This document shows, piece by piece, positions 30,501 through 40,566 of a stretch of DNA of 64,000 bases (its first letter is position 1; the number at the start of each line of letters is the position of its first letter). Origin of the DNA: Acidobacteriota bacterium (lineage in GTDB: Bacteria > Acidobacteriota > Vicinamibacteria > Vicinamibacterales > SCN-69-37); contig JABMNV010000189.1 in NCBI GenBank assembly GCA_013203475.1, positions 19,217 to 83,216 on the forward strand. Direction: 5' to 3'. The notes beneath the pieces are model-generated. The model was not told where the DNA came from and did no database searches. It was given only the letters and a program-made list of their open reading frames with translations. The position numbers were made by a program, and so were the translations under genes.

Positions 30501-33238
30501 GCCAGCCACAGGCACGTAGGTGCCCGGCGACGCGGGCGTGCACTCGGTGTCGGAGGGTGACGCGAGGAACGTCCCGGCGGGGCAGTGGACCGCAGGTGCG
30601 GTCGTGTCCACGAATCCGTCGATGTGAATGTCGTCGACCATCACGAAGGCCGAACCCGTATTGAACGGCGGCATGAGCACAAGGCGCACAGGCCCGGCCG
30701 CGACCAGATAGGGCGTGGCAGACAAGTCAAACGACCGGTCACAGTCGGGATAGGTCGTGCAATTGGACACAACGGTTCCAACACGTGTCGAAACACCGCC
30801 CTGGACGGCGATGACGTCCACTGGCAGATTCGCGTAGTCGTTATTGAGAATTCGAACCGAGAATCCGGTCATCGACCAGGCAGACGACGAGTTCAGATCG
30901 ACAAACAGCTGGGTCAGGCCGGGCGCGCCGATTGGACCGAGGCCACGAGAGATGAAGACGTTGGTCGACCACAGCTGCACGCCGTGGTCTCCGAAACCGC
31001 CAACAATGCCATCGGCGTCCGTCCATCCGAAGGTTCCGGACATGAAGGCCTCCTGCAGCGTGGAGGCGGGCGCCGAGAGCGGCCCTACCCACCCATTCGT
31101 CTGAGCCATGACGTTCTCAAAGTCGAACTCGGCCAGTCGCCGCACAAGCGGGACACACGCGGCCGCACCTTCGATGGACGTGAAGCCCTCCGGGCAGGAA
31201 ATCGGCTCCGTCGCTCCCCCTTCCGGAACGTATGTACCCGCTGGCGCTGGCGTGCACGCCAGGTCGCCCGGGTTAGCCAGGTAGGAACCCGGGTCACACA
31301 CTGGCGTCACGTTGATTGTGACCGTTGCGTCCTGGCTGCTCGCCGCGCCGTCGAAGGCCCGATAGATAAATGAATCGGTGCCCGAGAAGCCAGCGGTCGG
31401 TGTGTAGACGAACCCGCCATCGGACGACACCGAGACGGTGCCGTGCTGCGGGTCGGTCATCTTCACTGCCGTCAACGGCCCGCCGGAGGTCGAGACGTCG
31501 TTGAGCAGCACGCCGTGTGTCGCTGCGAGCGCCGCCACTTCATCAGCACTCAACGCGGCATCGTAGATGCGCACTTCGTCGAGGAGACCTTCAAAGTCGC
31601 CCGAGCCACCCGGGTGGCGACCGAGGGTGATATCTGCACTTCCCAGTTCCGGCTGGTAGGTCACGTCGGCCGAATTCACCAGCACGCCATCGGCGTAGGT
31701 GTTGGCTGTGGTGCCGTCGTACGTCATGGCCACGTGCATCCAGCGGCCCACCGGATCCGGTGTCAGGGCCGGCGAGTACCAGCAGTCACCCTGTGCCTGA
31801 CCACTCAGTAAGCAGAGCTGGGTGTTCTGCCCCTGGCCACTGCCAAAGCTCGTGACGCTCGACTGCCACGCGTCACCCGCGCCGCTCGCACTGTGCTAGG
31901 TGACGATGACCGGATTCTGGGGCACGGTGAGCTTGGTCCAGTACGCCACCGTGAACTGGTGCGTCTGCAGACTGGCGCTGTTGGAAATGGTGATGAAGTT
32001 GCCGCCACCGCGCAGGTCCAGACCGCGTCCCAGCACGCCGTCCACGATCGCGCCGCCGGTCGGCACACCATGGTTGTCGTAGCCCGAGCTATCTCGCGCC
32101 GTGCCATCGTCGAAGTTCCAGTGGCCCACCAGGTTATTGGTGGCCGTGGGCGTTACTACCGACAGCGCCGCGAGGTCCGAGGCCGTCAGCACGCGGTTGT
32201 AGATACGCGCTTCGTCGATGTGCGCGTCGAGGCTGCCGAACGCCGCGTGACGCGGCCCGAATTTGGCGATCACGCCGTGGTTCCACGTGTGCATATTGCC
32301 GCTGGTGGAGTCGCCGATCTGGATGCCGTCGCGATACCCACGAATGCGCACGAGGCCGCCACCGAGGTCTTCATAGGTGATGGCCACCTGCACCAACTCG
32401 CCGGTCGTCGACTCCTGGAAGCCCGGGTTGAAGTCTTGCGTTCGGTTGAAGAAGTCGCTGCTGGCCATCCACCGATGCGACTGGCGCTCACCGTAGACGA
32501 TGGCATCGAAGCCGTGGACATCGACCTGCTCGATGGAGAGCGGGCTGCCGGTCTGCACATCGAGGTTGTCGAGGCGCAGCCACGCGACCATTGTCTTGCT
32601 GCCAAGCGCCGGACCCGCGTACGCGCCGCTCAGGGCCGCCTGCCCGGCGTCGAGGTTCAACGAACCGTTGACCACGCTGGCGCCGTTCTGCAGGGTGAGG
32701 TCACCGAAATGGCCGGTCAGGTCGCGCACTTCCGCGCCCGACTCGAACGTCCACTGGCCAACCAGGCCACCCAACTCGGGCTGGATGTGGTGGTGATGCG
32801 CACGCGGCGGGCCGTCTGCGGTGCGGCAAATGCGTGGTCCAGCCATTGATAGTCCGAGGTGTTGCCTGACCACGTAAAGGCCAGGATACCGTCGAGCGAG
32901 ACCTGATGAACGGTGTTCCCAGCCGGCGACTGCGACACCAGCGCGTGGATGCCCGACAGCTCCTGCGGGCTGCCGAAATCCACCTCGATCCAGTGAATCG
33001 GGTGTGCTCCGGCGTTCCACAACGTGGCCGGATTACCGTCAAAGGCCATCGCCGGACCTGCACCCGCATAGCTGGAACTGGCACTAAAGGTGGTCCCAGC
33101 CGGCAATGTGAGGGTCGTCGACTTGGTCGCGACAGTCGGCGTGGTGGCCAGTAGAAACCCTGTCACCAGGATTAGAACGGGCAGATTCGCAATTGGCTTC
33201 AGGTCTTTCCGCAGGTTTTTCAGTAGCTGAGTGTTCAT
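27504..33238 (-). pseudogene. Giant surface/adhesin-like protein: F5/8, LamG x2, Big_9, Cys-rich GCC2/3-like repeats, HYR, thrombospondin type-3 Ca-binding repeats
   Basis: Five ORF pieces joined by one frameshift near 32760 and in-frame TAGs at 31896, 30303 and 29367; DNCP..ANPDQ.D.D.DG.GD.CD repeats. Confidence 0.82.
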
Positions 33239-33390
33239 AAAGTCGCTCCCATTACAGGAAGCGACATTGGCCGACGAAAAGGTTCAGCCCTGAGAAGAGG
33301 ACGCCCGCACACGGCGAGTTGGTATCGATGATCAGCGGCGCCTTCAGTCGTCCATGGCGGGCGCCGATTGAGTCAACAGGACGGCGAACG

Positions 33391-33485
33391 CGAGAAGATG
33401 GCGCCGGTGTGCGAGGAGTTCGGGATTTCGCGCAAGACCGGGTACAAGATCTTCGAACGATACAAGGACACCGGCGTCCGGGGGC
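33391..33485 (+). pseudogene. IS481-family transposase N-terminal fragment
   Basis: EKMAPVCEEFGISRKTGYKIFERYKDTG. Confidence 0.75.
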
Positions 33486-33503
33486 CTGCATCGTGATCGG
33501 AAC

Positions 33504-34100
33504 CTACTGCCCGACGCCAGTCGTCACGACTATGGCGGCGCAGGGAAGGTCGCCCAGGCGGCGATAACCGTGTGGCCGGGTGGCGTCGAAATACATCGAG
33601 TCGCCCTCGGCTAACTCGTGATCCTCTCCTTCGTGGTTGATCGCCACGCGACCACGCAGGACATAAATGACTTCAGCACCAGGGTGGGCGTGTTGTGGTA
33701 TCTGTCCCTCCTGCACAGGTTCAAACTCCACGTAGTACGCGCTCATCTTCCGCTCAGGTGCTGGATAGTCGAGGCACTCGAACGAGAATGACGACGGTGC
33801 GCCATCCGGATGTTCGGGGAAGCGGACGCGATCGGCTTTGCGCACCACCGCCACGACTGGTTTTTCTCGAGCGTCGGTGAAGAAGTACTCCAGGCCAACA
33901 CCGAATACGAGCGAAATTCGGAGCAGCGTTGGCAGGGTGGGAAACAACTTGCCGCGTTCCACCTTCGACAACAGCGCGGCAGACAGTCCCGTGTGTTTGC
34001 CGAGCTGGACCAGCCCCATCTTCTTCTTGATTCGAAGTCCGCGAAGTTTTGGCCCGATTTCATAGCGTTCCAAGCCTTCCGTCAGTGTGGGAGACAACAC
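33504..34100 (-). CDS. XRE-family regulator with cupin domain
   Basis: HTH (LSKVERGKLFPTL) plus HAHPGAE…GDSMYFD…PHGY. Confidence 0.88.
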   Translation of the reverse strand: MLSPTLTEGLERYEIGPKLRGLRIKKKMGLVQLGKHTGLSAALLSKVERGKLFPTLPTLLRISLVFGVGLEYFFTDAREKPVVAVVRKADRVRFPEHPDGAPSSFSFECLDYPAPERKMSAYYVEFEPVQEGQIPQHAHPGAEVIYVLRGRVAINHEGEDHELAEGDSMYFDATRPHGYRRLGDLPCAAIVVTTGVGQ

Positions 34101-34286
34101 AACAACACCTCGTTTTCGTTCCGTTCACGAATAACCATAATATTTTCTTGTGACTCAATTAACTTGCTTGCGAAGCGCATCGTTTATCTAGATGCAAACG
34201 TATTCAACTAATAGTAAAACAGTCGAGACGGCAGGTCGAGACCACAACACAACAGAGAGTCCGAGTTACTGGAGAAGAGACACATT

Positions 34287-34790
34287 ATGAAAAAGCAGAT
34301 TATTCGTGCAACGTTGACCGCAGTTGCGGTCCTGGCATTGGTGGCGGGTTCGACGGCTCTGCGTGCGCAGCAGCCCAAGGACATCGTCGATACCGCCGTG
34401 GCGGCGGGTTCGTTCAAGACTCTGGCGGCGGCCCTGACGGCAGCCGGTCTGATTGACACGCTCAAGGGCGACGGCCCGTTCACGGTCTTCGCGCCGACCG
34501 ACGCGGCGTTCGCGAAGTTGCCCGCCGGCACCGTTGAAATGTTGCTCAAGCCCGAGAACAAGGCCAAGTTGACGGCCATCCTGACCTACCACGTGGTAGC
34601 CGGCAACGTGATGGCGGCAAAGGTCGTGACGATGAATGGCCAGGAAGTGAAGACCGTGAATGGCCAGTCGATCAAGATCATGGTGAGCGGTGGCAAAGTG
34701 ATGGTGGATGGCGCGAACGTGGTGACCACAGACATCAAGGCGTCCAACGGCGTGATTCACGTGATCGACTCAGTGATTCTTCCCAAGTAA
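34287..34790 (+). CDS. Fasciclin (FAS1) domain secreted protein
   Basis: [14 protein letters not shown]…[12 protein letters not shown]…ILTYHVV…SNGVIHVID. Confidence 0.95.
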   Translation: MKKQIIRATLTAVAVLALVAGSTALRAQQPKDIVDTAVAAGSFKTLAAALTAAGLIDTLKGDGPFTVFAPTDAAFAKLPAGTVEMLLKPENKAKLTAILTYHVVAGNVMAAKVVTMNGQEVKTVNGQSIKIMVSGGKVMVDGANVVTTDIKASNGVIHVIDSVILPK

Positions 34791-34835
34791 CTCGGGATGA
34801 ACGAAGGCGGACCCTCGGGTTCGTCTGCAAGGCGG

Positions 34836-34872
34836 GGCGGACGGAGGAACAACTCCGTCCGCCTCTTTTTTT
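34836..34872 (+). terminator. Rho-independent terminator after fasciclin
   Basis: GGCGGACGGAG-gaacaa-CTCCGTCCGCC followed by a T-run. Confidence 0.9.
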
Positions 34873-34879
34873 ACCCGAT

Positions 34880-35250
34880 CAGGGATCTACCCTGACGGAC
34901 GAGTGCGGTCACGTTCTGGACTCCGGCAAAAAGGACGAACGGTCGTTGGGAGCCAAACGTTCGTTGCATTCGCACGGTAGACACCGGGTAGTCGCGATAT
35001 CTCTTGTAGTAGCCCGCCAGCGTCATACGCACCGAATCGGCGGGCAGGTACGTGACGCCAGACACGACGTGGTAGAAAGTCGTTGGTGCCGATGACCACG
35101 CCCGGCAGGGTTTGGAGGTATCGCGACACATCCTGGAGTGCGGCCGCGCTTTCCTGAATCTGGACTGGGCGTACCAGGTAGCGCCCAGGCCGGAGTGGCC
35201 AGGACCATCAGGCCGATCAGCCACGTGATCCGCCAGCCAGTTACGGCCAT
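34880..35250 (-). pseudogene. TonB-dependent receptor collapsed to short collinear pieces
   Basis: Signal peptide MAVTGW…PAWA; plug-like DVSRYLQTLPGV; barrel-like YYKRYRDYP; C-terminal FAGVQNVT. Confidence 0.6.
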
Positions 35251-36128
35251 CGCGGACCAATACCCGGACCGGTGTTCGGCGCCGATCCGGGTGCTTTCGA
35301 CAGCAAGCGGTTCTTCACTACGTGCCACAGCGCAGGCCCCGGCGGACCGTCGACAAACTCGCCGAGAAAAAACGTCACATCGTCGTGCGCCAGTTCGTTC
35401 GTGTCCGCGTGAGCGTGGAGAGCATCCAGGAGTCGATCGGCGATCTCCTCGCAGGTTCCCGAAGTGGCTTGGAGCACGCGCTCAATGCCATGCCGGTCAA
35501 ACTGCTGGTCGTCTAGTGACGACGTCTCGAGCACTCCATCGGTCACCAGCAGGAGTCGATCACCGGGGGTGACGGTGAAGCGGTGCCGATTGAACTGCGG
35601 AGCCAGGCCGGTGCCCAGCGGGATGTCCACGAACGCCGGCCGGTGCGTTGGCGCCGGCATCTCGACGGCGAGGGGCAGCCAACGGTTGGCGCTGGCACGA
35701 TAGATCCATCCGAACGGATGCCCGGCATAACAGACCGTCAGCCGCCTGCGCGGCGGGTAGTAGGTGGCGAGAACGGCCGTCGTCATGGCGCGGACGTGCC
35801 GTGCTTCGAGTCGGTCGTTGAACCGGGACAGCACCTTCCGTTCGTCGATGACATCGACACTGCGACGAAGGTGATCGTGAATCTCGGTTCCAACAGTCGC
35901 CACCACCTCCCCATGGCCTGCGACATCGGCCAGGCAGACGCGCGACATCAAGCCTGACCCGCACACCGACAGGTAGTGGATATCTCCGCCGTGTGGGCCC
36001 GTGCATGGGCGCGAATACAGGACTCCGCGCAGGCCTGGCAACTCAACGAGATGGTGGCTGACACCGTTGCCGCCGCGCACTTCTCCGCAGGCAAACGTCG
36101 CGCTCCACGAGAGTTCACGATCAGTCAT
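35241..36128 (-). CDS. PP2C/SpoIIE-family phosphatase (stand-alone)
   Basis: GGD, ADVAGHG, AGHP, TDGVLE and DDVT motifs. Confidence 0.85.
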   Translation of the reverse strand: MTDRELSWSATFACGEVRGGNGVSHHLVELPGLRGVLYSRPCTGPHGGDIHYLSVCGSGLMSRVCLADVAGHGEVVATVGTEIHDHLRRSVDVIDERKVLSRFNDRLEARHVRAMTTAVLATYYPPRRRLTVCYAGHPFGWIYRASANRWLPLAVEMPAPTHRPAFVDIPLGTGLAPQFNRHRFTVTPGDRLLLVTDGVLETSSLDDQQFDRHGIERVLQATSGTCEEIADRLLDALHAHADTNELAHDDVTFFLGEFVDGPPGPALWHVVKNRLLSKAPGSAPNTGPGIGPRWP

Positions 36129-36254
36129 CGGGGCGCTTTTCCGAACAGATAGTGAGAGACAAGCCACTCTTCGCCTTCGCGGAACCCCATGACTCGGCAG
36201 TCAACAGAGGGAGTGCCGCGAGGACCGCCATACTCGTCCACATGCTGTGTGCCG

Positions 36255-36325
36255 ATGTGTGTCTCGAGCCGCTTGCGCGCTCTCTTGACCGTATCGCAAT
36301 TCTTGATGCCGTACATCGTGACCAT
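36255..36325 (-). pseudogene. ArsC/Spx (YffB-like) N-terminal fragment
   Basis: MVTMYGIKNCDTVKRARKRL only. Confidence 0.7.
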
Positions 36326-36354
36326 TCGTGACTCCTTGCGCTGTGACCGTATGA

Positions 36355-37614
36355 TCACGGCGCCGATGATTCACGCTGGTACTCGGCGTGGCCCTTGCGC
36401 GATGGCGATGACTCGATATGTCCATGGCGAGCTCCGGCCTTGGTGAGCATCAACTGCACATCGCTGATGTGTCGCTCGCGAAACGCTCCTTCGCAGTAAG
36501 CCAGGTAGTAGTCCCACAGTCGACAGAATCGATCGTCGAATCCCAGTCGGTTCACCGCATCAGCAGACTCATGGAACCGTCGTCGCCACTCGGCCAGCGT
36601 GGCCGCGTAGTGGAGGCCGATGTCTTCAAGGTGGAACACGGATAGCTTCGTGGCCCGTGCCAGAGACCCCTGAATCTCCAGGAGAGAGGCCAGCTCAGAG
36701 CCGGGGAAGATGCGCCGCTGAATCCAGTCGCTCTGGCGTCGATACGCCTTGAATTTCTGTTCGTTCATCGTGATGGCCTGCATGACCATCGCGCCATCAG
36801 GAGCCAGCAGACGATCGCAGGCGGAGAAGAACGTATCGTAGAACTCGAACCCGACCGCCTCGAACATTTCGATGCTGACAATCTTGCTGAAGGTACCCGT
36901 CAGCTTCCGATAGTCATCCAGGAGCAGGGTAATGCGCGCGCCAGCGTCGCCCGAACTCGCAAACAACTGTTGTGCCGCGCCATGCTGTTCGCGACTGATG
37001 GTGGTGGTTGTCACCTGGCAGCCGTAGTGCTGAGAGGCGTGCAGCGCGAACGCGCCCCAGCCTGTGCCGATCTCCAGCACATGGTCGTTCGGACGCAGTT
37101 CAAGCTTTCGGCAGATGCGGTCGAGTTTCTCGACTTGCGCATCCTCAAGTGAGGTGCCGGCATCCCGATAGACCGCACTTGAATACACCATGCGCTCGTC
37201 GAGGAAGAGGCGGAAGAAGTCGTTGCTCAGGTCGTAGTGCGCATGAATATTCAGGCGGCTCCCAGTCTCGGTATTGCGATTCGTCCAGTGGCGGACGCGA
37301 TGGAAGAGGCGACTGCCTGATTGCAGCAGGGGGTGGCCCCCTTCGAGTGTGTCGAGATTGCGCGCCGCCAGGCGTACCACCGCGACCAGATCCGGTGATG
37401 ACCAATCGCCATCGACGTAGGCATCCCCGGCGGCGTCGTCTCCTCCGAGCAGCATGCGGGTAAAGAATCGTTCGTCGTGTACCGCGATGCAGGCACGCAG
37501 GTCCGATGACGGAGGGCCGAAAGTGAACGACCGGTCAGGACAGACCACTTCCAGCGACCCCTGGGTAAGCTGGTTCAGCATGCGGAACACTGCGCGTCTG
37601 GCGAATGAGGTCAT
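36355..37614 (-). CDS. CFA-synthase-family fatty acid methyltransferase (UfaM-like)
   Basis: NIHAHYDLSNDFF, YSSA, LEIGTGWG, SIEMFEAVG and YCEGAF motifs. Confidence 0.9.
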   Translation of the reverse strand: MTSFARRAVFRMLNQLTQGSLEVVCPDRSFTFGPPSSDLRACIAVHDERFFTRMLLGGDDAAGDAYVDGDWSSPDLVAVVRLAARNLDTLEGGHPLLQSGSRLFHRVRHWTNRNTETGSRLNIHAHYDLSNDFFRLFLDERMVYSSAVYRDAGTSLEDAQVEKLDRICRKLELRPNDHVLEIGTGWGAFALHASQHYGCQVTTTTISREQHGAAQQLFASSGDAGARITLLLDDYRKLTGTFSKIVSIEMFEAVGFEFYDTFFSACDRLLAPDGAMVMQAITMNEQKFKAYRRQSDWIQRRIFPGSELASLLEIQGSLARATKLSVFHLEDIGLHYAATLAEWRRRFHESADAVNRLGFDDRFCRLWDYYLAYCEGAFRERHISDVQLMLTKAGARHGHIESSPSRKGHAEYQRESSAP

Positions 37615-38405
37615 CGTGATCCTTCGTTGTGTTTCGGTGCAGGTTGCACGTGGGCTGGATGGGTGAATACCGGCACGCGCTTGATGAGCAGGCGGAAGGC
37701 CTGCCAGTGAATGGCTGCAATCACCTTGATGGTCATCCACGGGTGCCGCAGAAGGGCCATGCGAATCGCGTGTGGTGTCCACGGGCGATGCGCCAGGGTC
37801 ATCGTGGCGTCAAACAGCGGCGGTGATTCCAGGTGGCGGTCGTGGGTGGCCATGTGCACCACGAGCGCCTCGCCGGGCTCTGACAAGACAAACTCGTAGT
37901 CGAGATCCATCGGCATGAACGGCGAGACGTGCAGGTCCTTCGCGCAGCGGTAACGATAGTCCGCGCGACCCGCTTGTCGGTTGTCCGCCCAGAGCCAATA
38001 GGTCCGGCGCTCGCCAAATGTATTGTTGACCTCGGCAAGGACGGCCTGGAGGGTGTGCGTCGCGTCGTAGCAGAAGAACAACGAGATGGGGTTGAAGCAG
38101 TAGCCGAGGTATCGGAGGTGCGTGAGGAGATAGATCGGCCCGCGCTCGAGCGACACCCCGTGCGCCCTGGCGTCGGTCGTGACGCGTTCGCGCAGAGATT
38201 CGGACGGCGCACCGAGATGGTCGCGGTCATCGTAGCTGGCCCAGTTAAAACGGTTGAATCCGGTCAACCGCGATCGCGCCATGACGTCTGGAATCCGGTC
38301 GACATCGAGCCAGGCCATGAACAGTTCGTACGAGAACGCATGCGCGCGCGGGCGGTAGCGTCGATGGCGGAGCGTGCCCGTGTAGAGGCCGGGCTCGGGA
38401 ATCAC
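37611..38405 (-). CDS. DUF1365 protein (UfaO-like)
   Basis: HRR, FNPIS, AEVNNTFGER, LHVSPFM and IHWQA motifs. Confidence 0.9.
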   Translation of the reverse strand: MIPEPGLYTGTLRHRRYRPRAHAFSYELFMAWLDVDRIPDVMARSRLTGFNRFNWASYDDRDHLGAPSESLRERVTTDARAHGVSLERGPIYLLTHLRYLGYCFNPISLFFCYDATHTLQAVLAEVNNTFGERRTYWLWADNRQAGRADYRYRCAKDLHVSPFMPMDLDYEFVLSEPGEALVVHMATHDRHLESPPLFDATMTLAHRPWTPHAIRMALLRHPWMTIKVIAAIHWQAFRLLIKRVPVFTHPAHVQPAPKHNEGSR

Positions 38406-39667
38406 GTCGCCACTCCGTCGGGGTCGGACACGCCGAGTGCGTCCGCCACGCGCCGGCCGCTGCGCACACCGTCCTCGTGGAAACCGTAGAACCAGTACGC
38501 GCCACAGAAGTGCGTGTGGTGGCGACCGCTGATCTCTGACCAGCGCTCCTGCGCCCGGATCGCCGCATGGGTGTAAAGCGGATGCGCATACGTCAGTCGC
38601 CGAAGCACGGTGGCCGGGTCGATGGCGTCGCCACCGTTGAGCGTCACACAGTAGTCTTCGGGTGTCGTCAACGACTGCAGTCGGTTCATGTGATACGTCA
38701 CGGCCACGGCATGTCGGTCACCGAGCCGATAGTTCCATGAGGCTCGGGCGGACTCTCGGCGCGGCAGGAGTGACGTATCGGTGTGCAGGCACACCTCGTT
38801 GCGCGTGGTCTGGAAGCTGCTCAGAATCTCGCGTTCGCTGTCAGTCGGCCGCTCGAGCAACGGCAGAATCTGGTCGCCGTGACAGGCAAAGACCACCTCG
38901 TCAAAGTGTTCGTCGGCGCGGCCCGCACAGCGCAAGGTGACGCCATCAGCTGAGCGCGAGACTGACGTGATCGTCACGCCGGTGAGGATGCGGTCACGAA
39001 ACGGCGCCGTCAGCGGTGCCAGATACGTGTGGCTGCCGCCGCGAATGACCCTCCACTGAGGATGGGTGGTCAGTCCCAGCATCCCGTGGTGGTGCATGAA
39101 GCGCACGAGAGTCACCACCGGGAAGCCGCGCATCGCGGTGGGGGACATGGACCAGATGGCCCCCGCCATCGGTATCAGATACCGCTCTTCGAAGACCGCC
39201 GAGTACCGCCCGTGCTCCAGGAAGTCTCCAAGTGTCCACTGCCGGCGTGTGGGATCATCCAACACGGCTGGTGCCGCACGGTTGAACCGGATGATATCGA
39301 GGAGCAACTGATGATGTCGAAGCGAGGCGAGATTCCTGCGCTGCGCGAAGAAGCCACCCAGACCGCGACTCGAGTACTCAAAGTCGCCATCCGGTGTGCT
39401 CACGCCGAATGACATGTCGCTCGGCTGAGTGTCAACGCCCAACTCGTCCATGAGCCTGCAGAAGCGCGGATACGTGCGGGAGTTGTGGACGATGAACCCG
39501 GTGTCGACTGGGACGGGGCCTGCGGCCGAGTCAACCACCACGGTGTGGGTGTGGCCGCCAATTCGTGTGTCCCGCTCGAACACGACGACCTCATAGGCGC
39601 GACTCAAGTAGAACGCGGCCGAGAGTCCGGCGATGCCGGACCCGATGACGGCCAGTCGCTTCATCAC
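38402..39667 (-). CDS. FAD-dependent oxidoreductase (UfaD-like)
   Basis: GSGIAG, GGHTHT, VDTGFIV, ASWNY and GAYW.YGFHEDG motifs. Confidence 0.9.
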   Translation of the reverse strand: MMKRLAVIGSGIAGLSAAFYLSRAYEVVVFERDTRIGGHTHTVVVDSAAGPVPVDTGFIVHNSRTYPRFCRLMDELGVDTQPSDMSFGVSTPDGDFEYSSRGLGGFFAQRRNLASLRHHQLLLDIIRFNRAAPAVLDDPTRRQWTLGDFLEHGRYSAVFEERYLIPMAGAIWSMSPTAMRGFPVVTLVRFMHHHGMLGLTTHPQWRVIRGGSHTYLAPLTAPFRDRILTGVTITSVSRSADGVTLRCAGRADEHFDEVVFACHGDQILPLLERPTDSEREILSSFQTTRNEVCLHTDTSLLPRRESARASWNYRLGDRHAVAVTYHMNRLQSLTTPEDYCVTLNGGDAIDPATVLRRLTYAHPLYTHAAIRAQERWSEISGRHHTHFCGAYWFYGFHEDGVRSGRRVADALGVSDPDGVAT

Positions 39668-40473
39668 AACGCGGTCCTGGTCTTGCGCGGGGAACGCAGA
39701 TTGCCCGCGATCCCCACCCAGCTCAGGGCCTTGAGCACGAGGTACGTCACGTCAATCTCCCACCAGCGGTGTCCCTGACGACAACTGCCCGGCGAATGGT
39801 GGTGGTTGTTATGCCATCCTTCGCCCAGCGTGATGATGGCCAGCCACCAGTTGTTGCGGCTCTCGTCCCGCGTCTCGAATCGTCGCGTGCCAAACAGATG
39901 CGCCAGCGAATTGATCGCAAACGTGCAGTGATACAAGACGACCGTTGACACAACGTATCCCCACACAAACGCCGGCCAGCCGCCAATGATGGCCACCGCC
40001 GATCCGAACACGACGGTCGACACCCAATGGTGTCGATCCAGCCACACCAACTCCGGATACCGGCGCAAGTCGCGCACAGCCTCCGGGTCGTACTCGTCGA
40101 AGTCGTTCGACAGGACCCATCCGACATGCGCCCACCAGAATCCCCGCCGGTGTGGGGAGTGGACATCCGCCTCCTGATCCGACTCGCGATGGTGCAGGCG
40201 ATGGTGCGCCGCCCACCAGAGCACGCCCTTTTGCGCCGAGGTCTGCGCCAGAAAGGCCATCAGGAACTGGCCGGTGCGGCTCAATGTGTAGCTGCGATGC
40301 CCGAAGTACCGGTGATATCCAGCGGTCACGCCGAACATCCGGAGCAGGTAGGTGCCGAGCAGCCACGCCAGCAGCGCTCCTGTTGGAGGCGCCCACCACA
40401 CGGCCACTACGCCGACATGCAACAGGAGAAAGAACAACACGGCGCCGAACTGGTAGCCTCTGAGTCGTGACAT
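39664..40473 (-). CDS. Membrane fatty acid (acyl-CoA, delta-9-type) desaturase
   Basis: His boxes HRYFGH, HRLHH and HNNHH; GEGW. Confidence 0.92.
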   Translation of the reverse strand: MSRLRGYQFGAVLFFLLLHVGVVAVWWAPPTGALLAWLLGTYLLRMFGVTAGYHRYFGHRSYTLSRTGQFLMAFLAQTSAQKGVLWWAAHHRLHHRESDQEADVHSPHRRGFWWAHVGWVLSNDFDEYDPEAVRDLRRYPELVWLDRHHWVSTVVFGSAVAIIGGWPAFVWGYVVSTVVLYHCTFAINSLAHLFGTRRFETRDESRNNWWLAIITLGEGWHNNHHHSPGSCRQGHRWWEIDVTYLVLKALSWVGIAGNLRSPRKTRTAL

Positions 40474-40502
40474 GGCCCCATGTTCCTCGTCCTGCCTGTG
40501 TT

Positions 40503-40546
40503 TGTCAAGCATTTGTCCATTACAAATCATTGACAAGCATTAGACA
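40503..40546. promoter_or_regulatory. Bidirectional CarH-type operator (11-bp-spaced TnnACA repeats)
   Basis: + strand ATTACA 40519, TTGACA 40530, TAGACA 40541; - strand TTGACA 40503-08, TGGACA 40514-19. Confidence 0.75.
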
Positions 40547-40566
40547 TGGAGATAGTGTTGGTCCAG

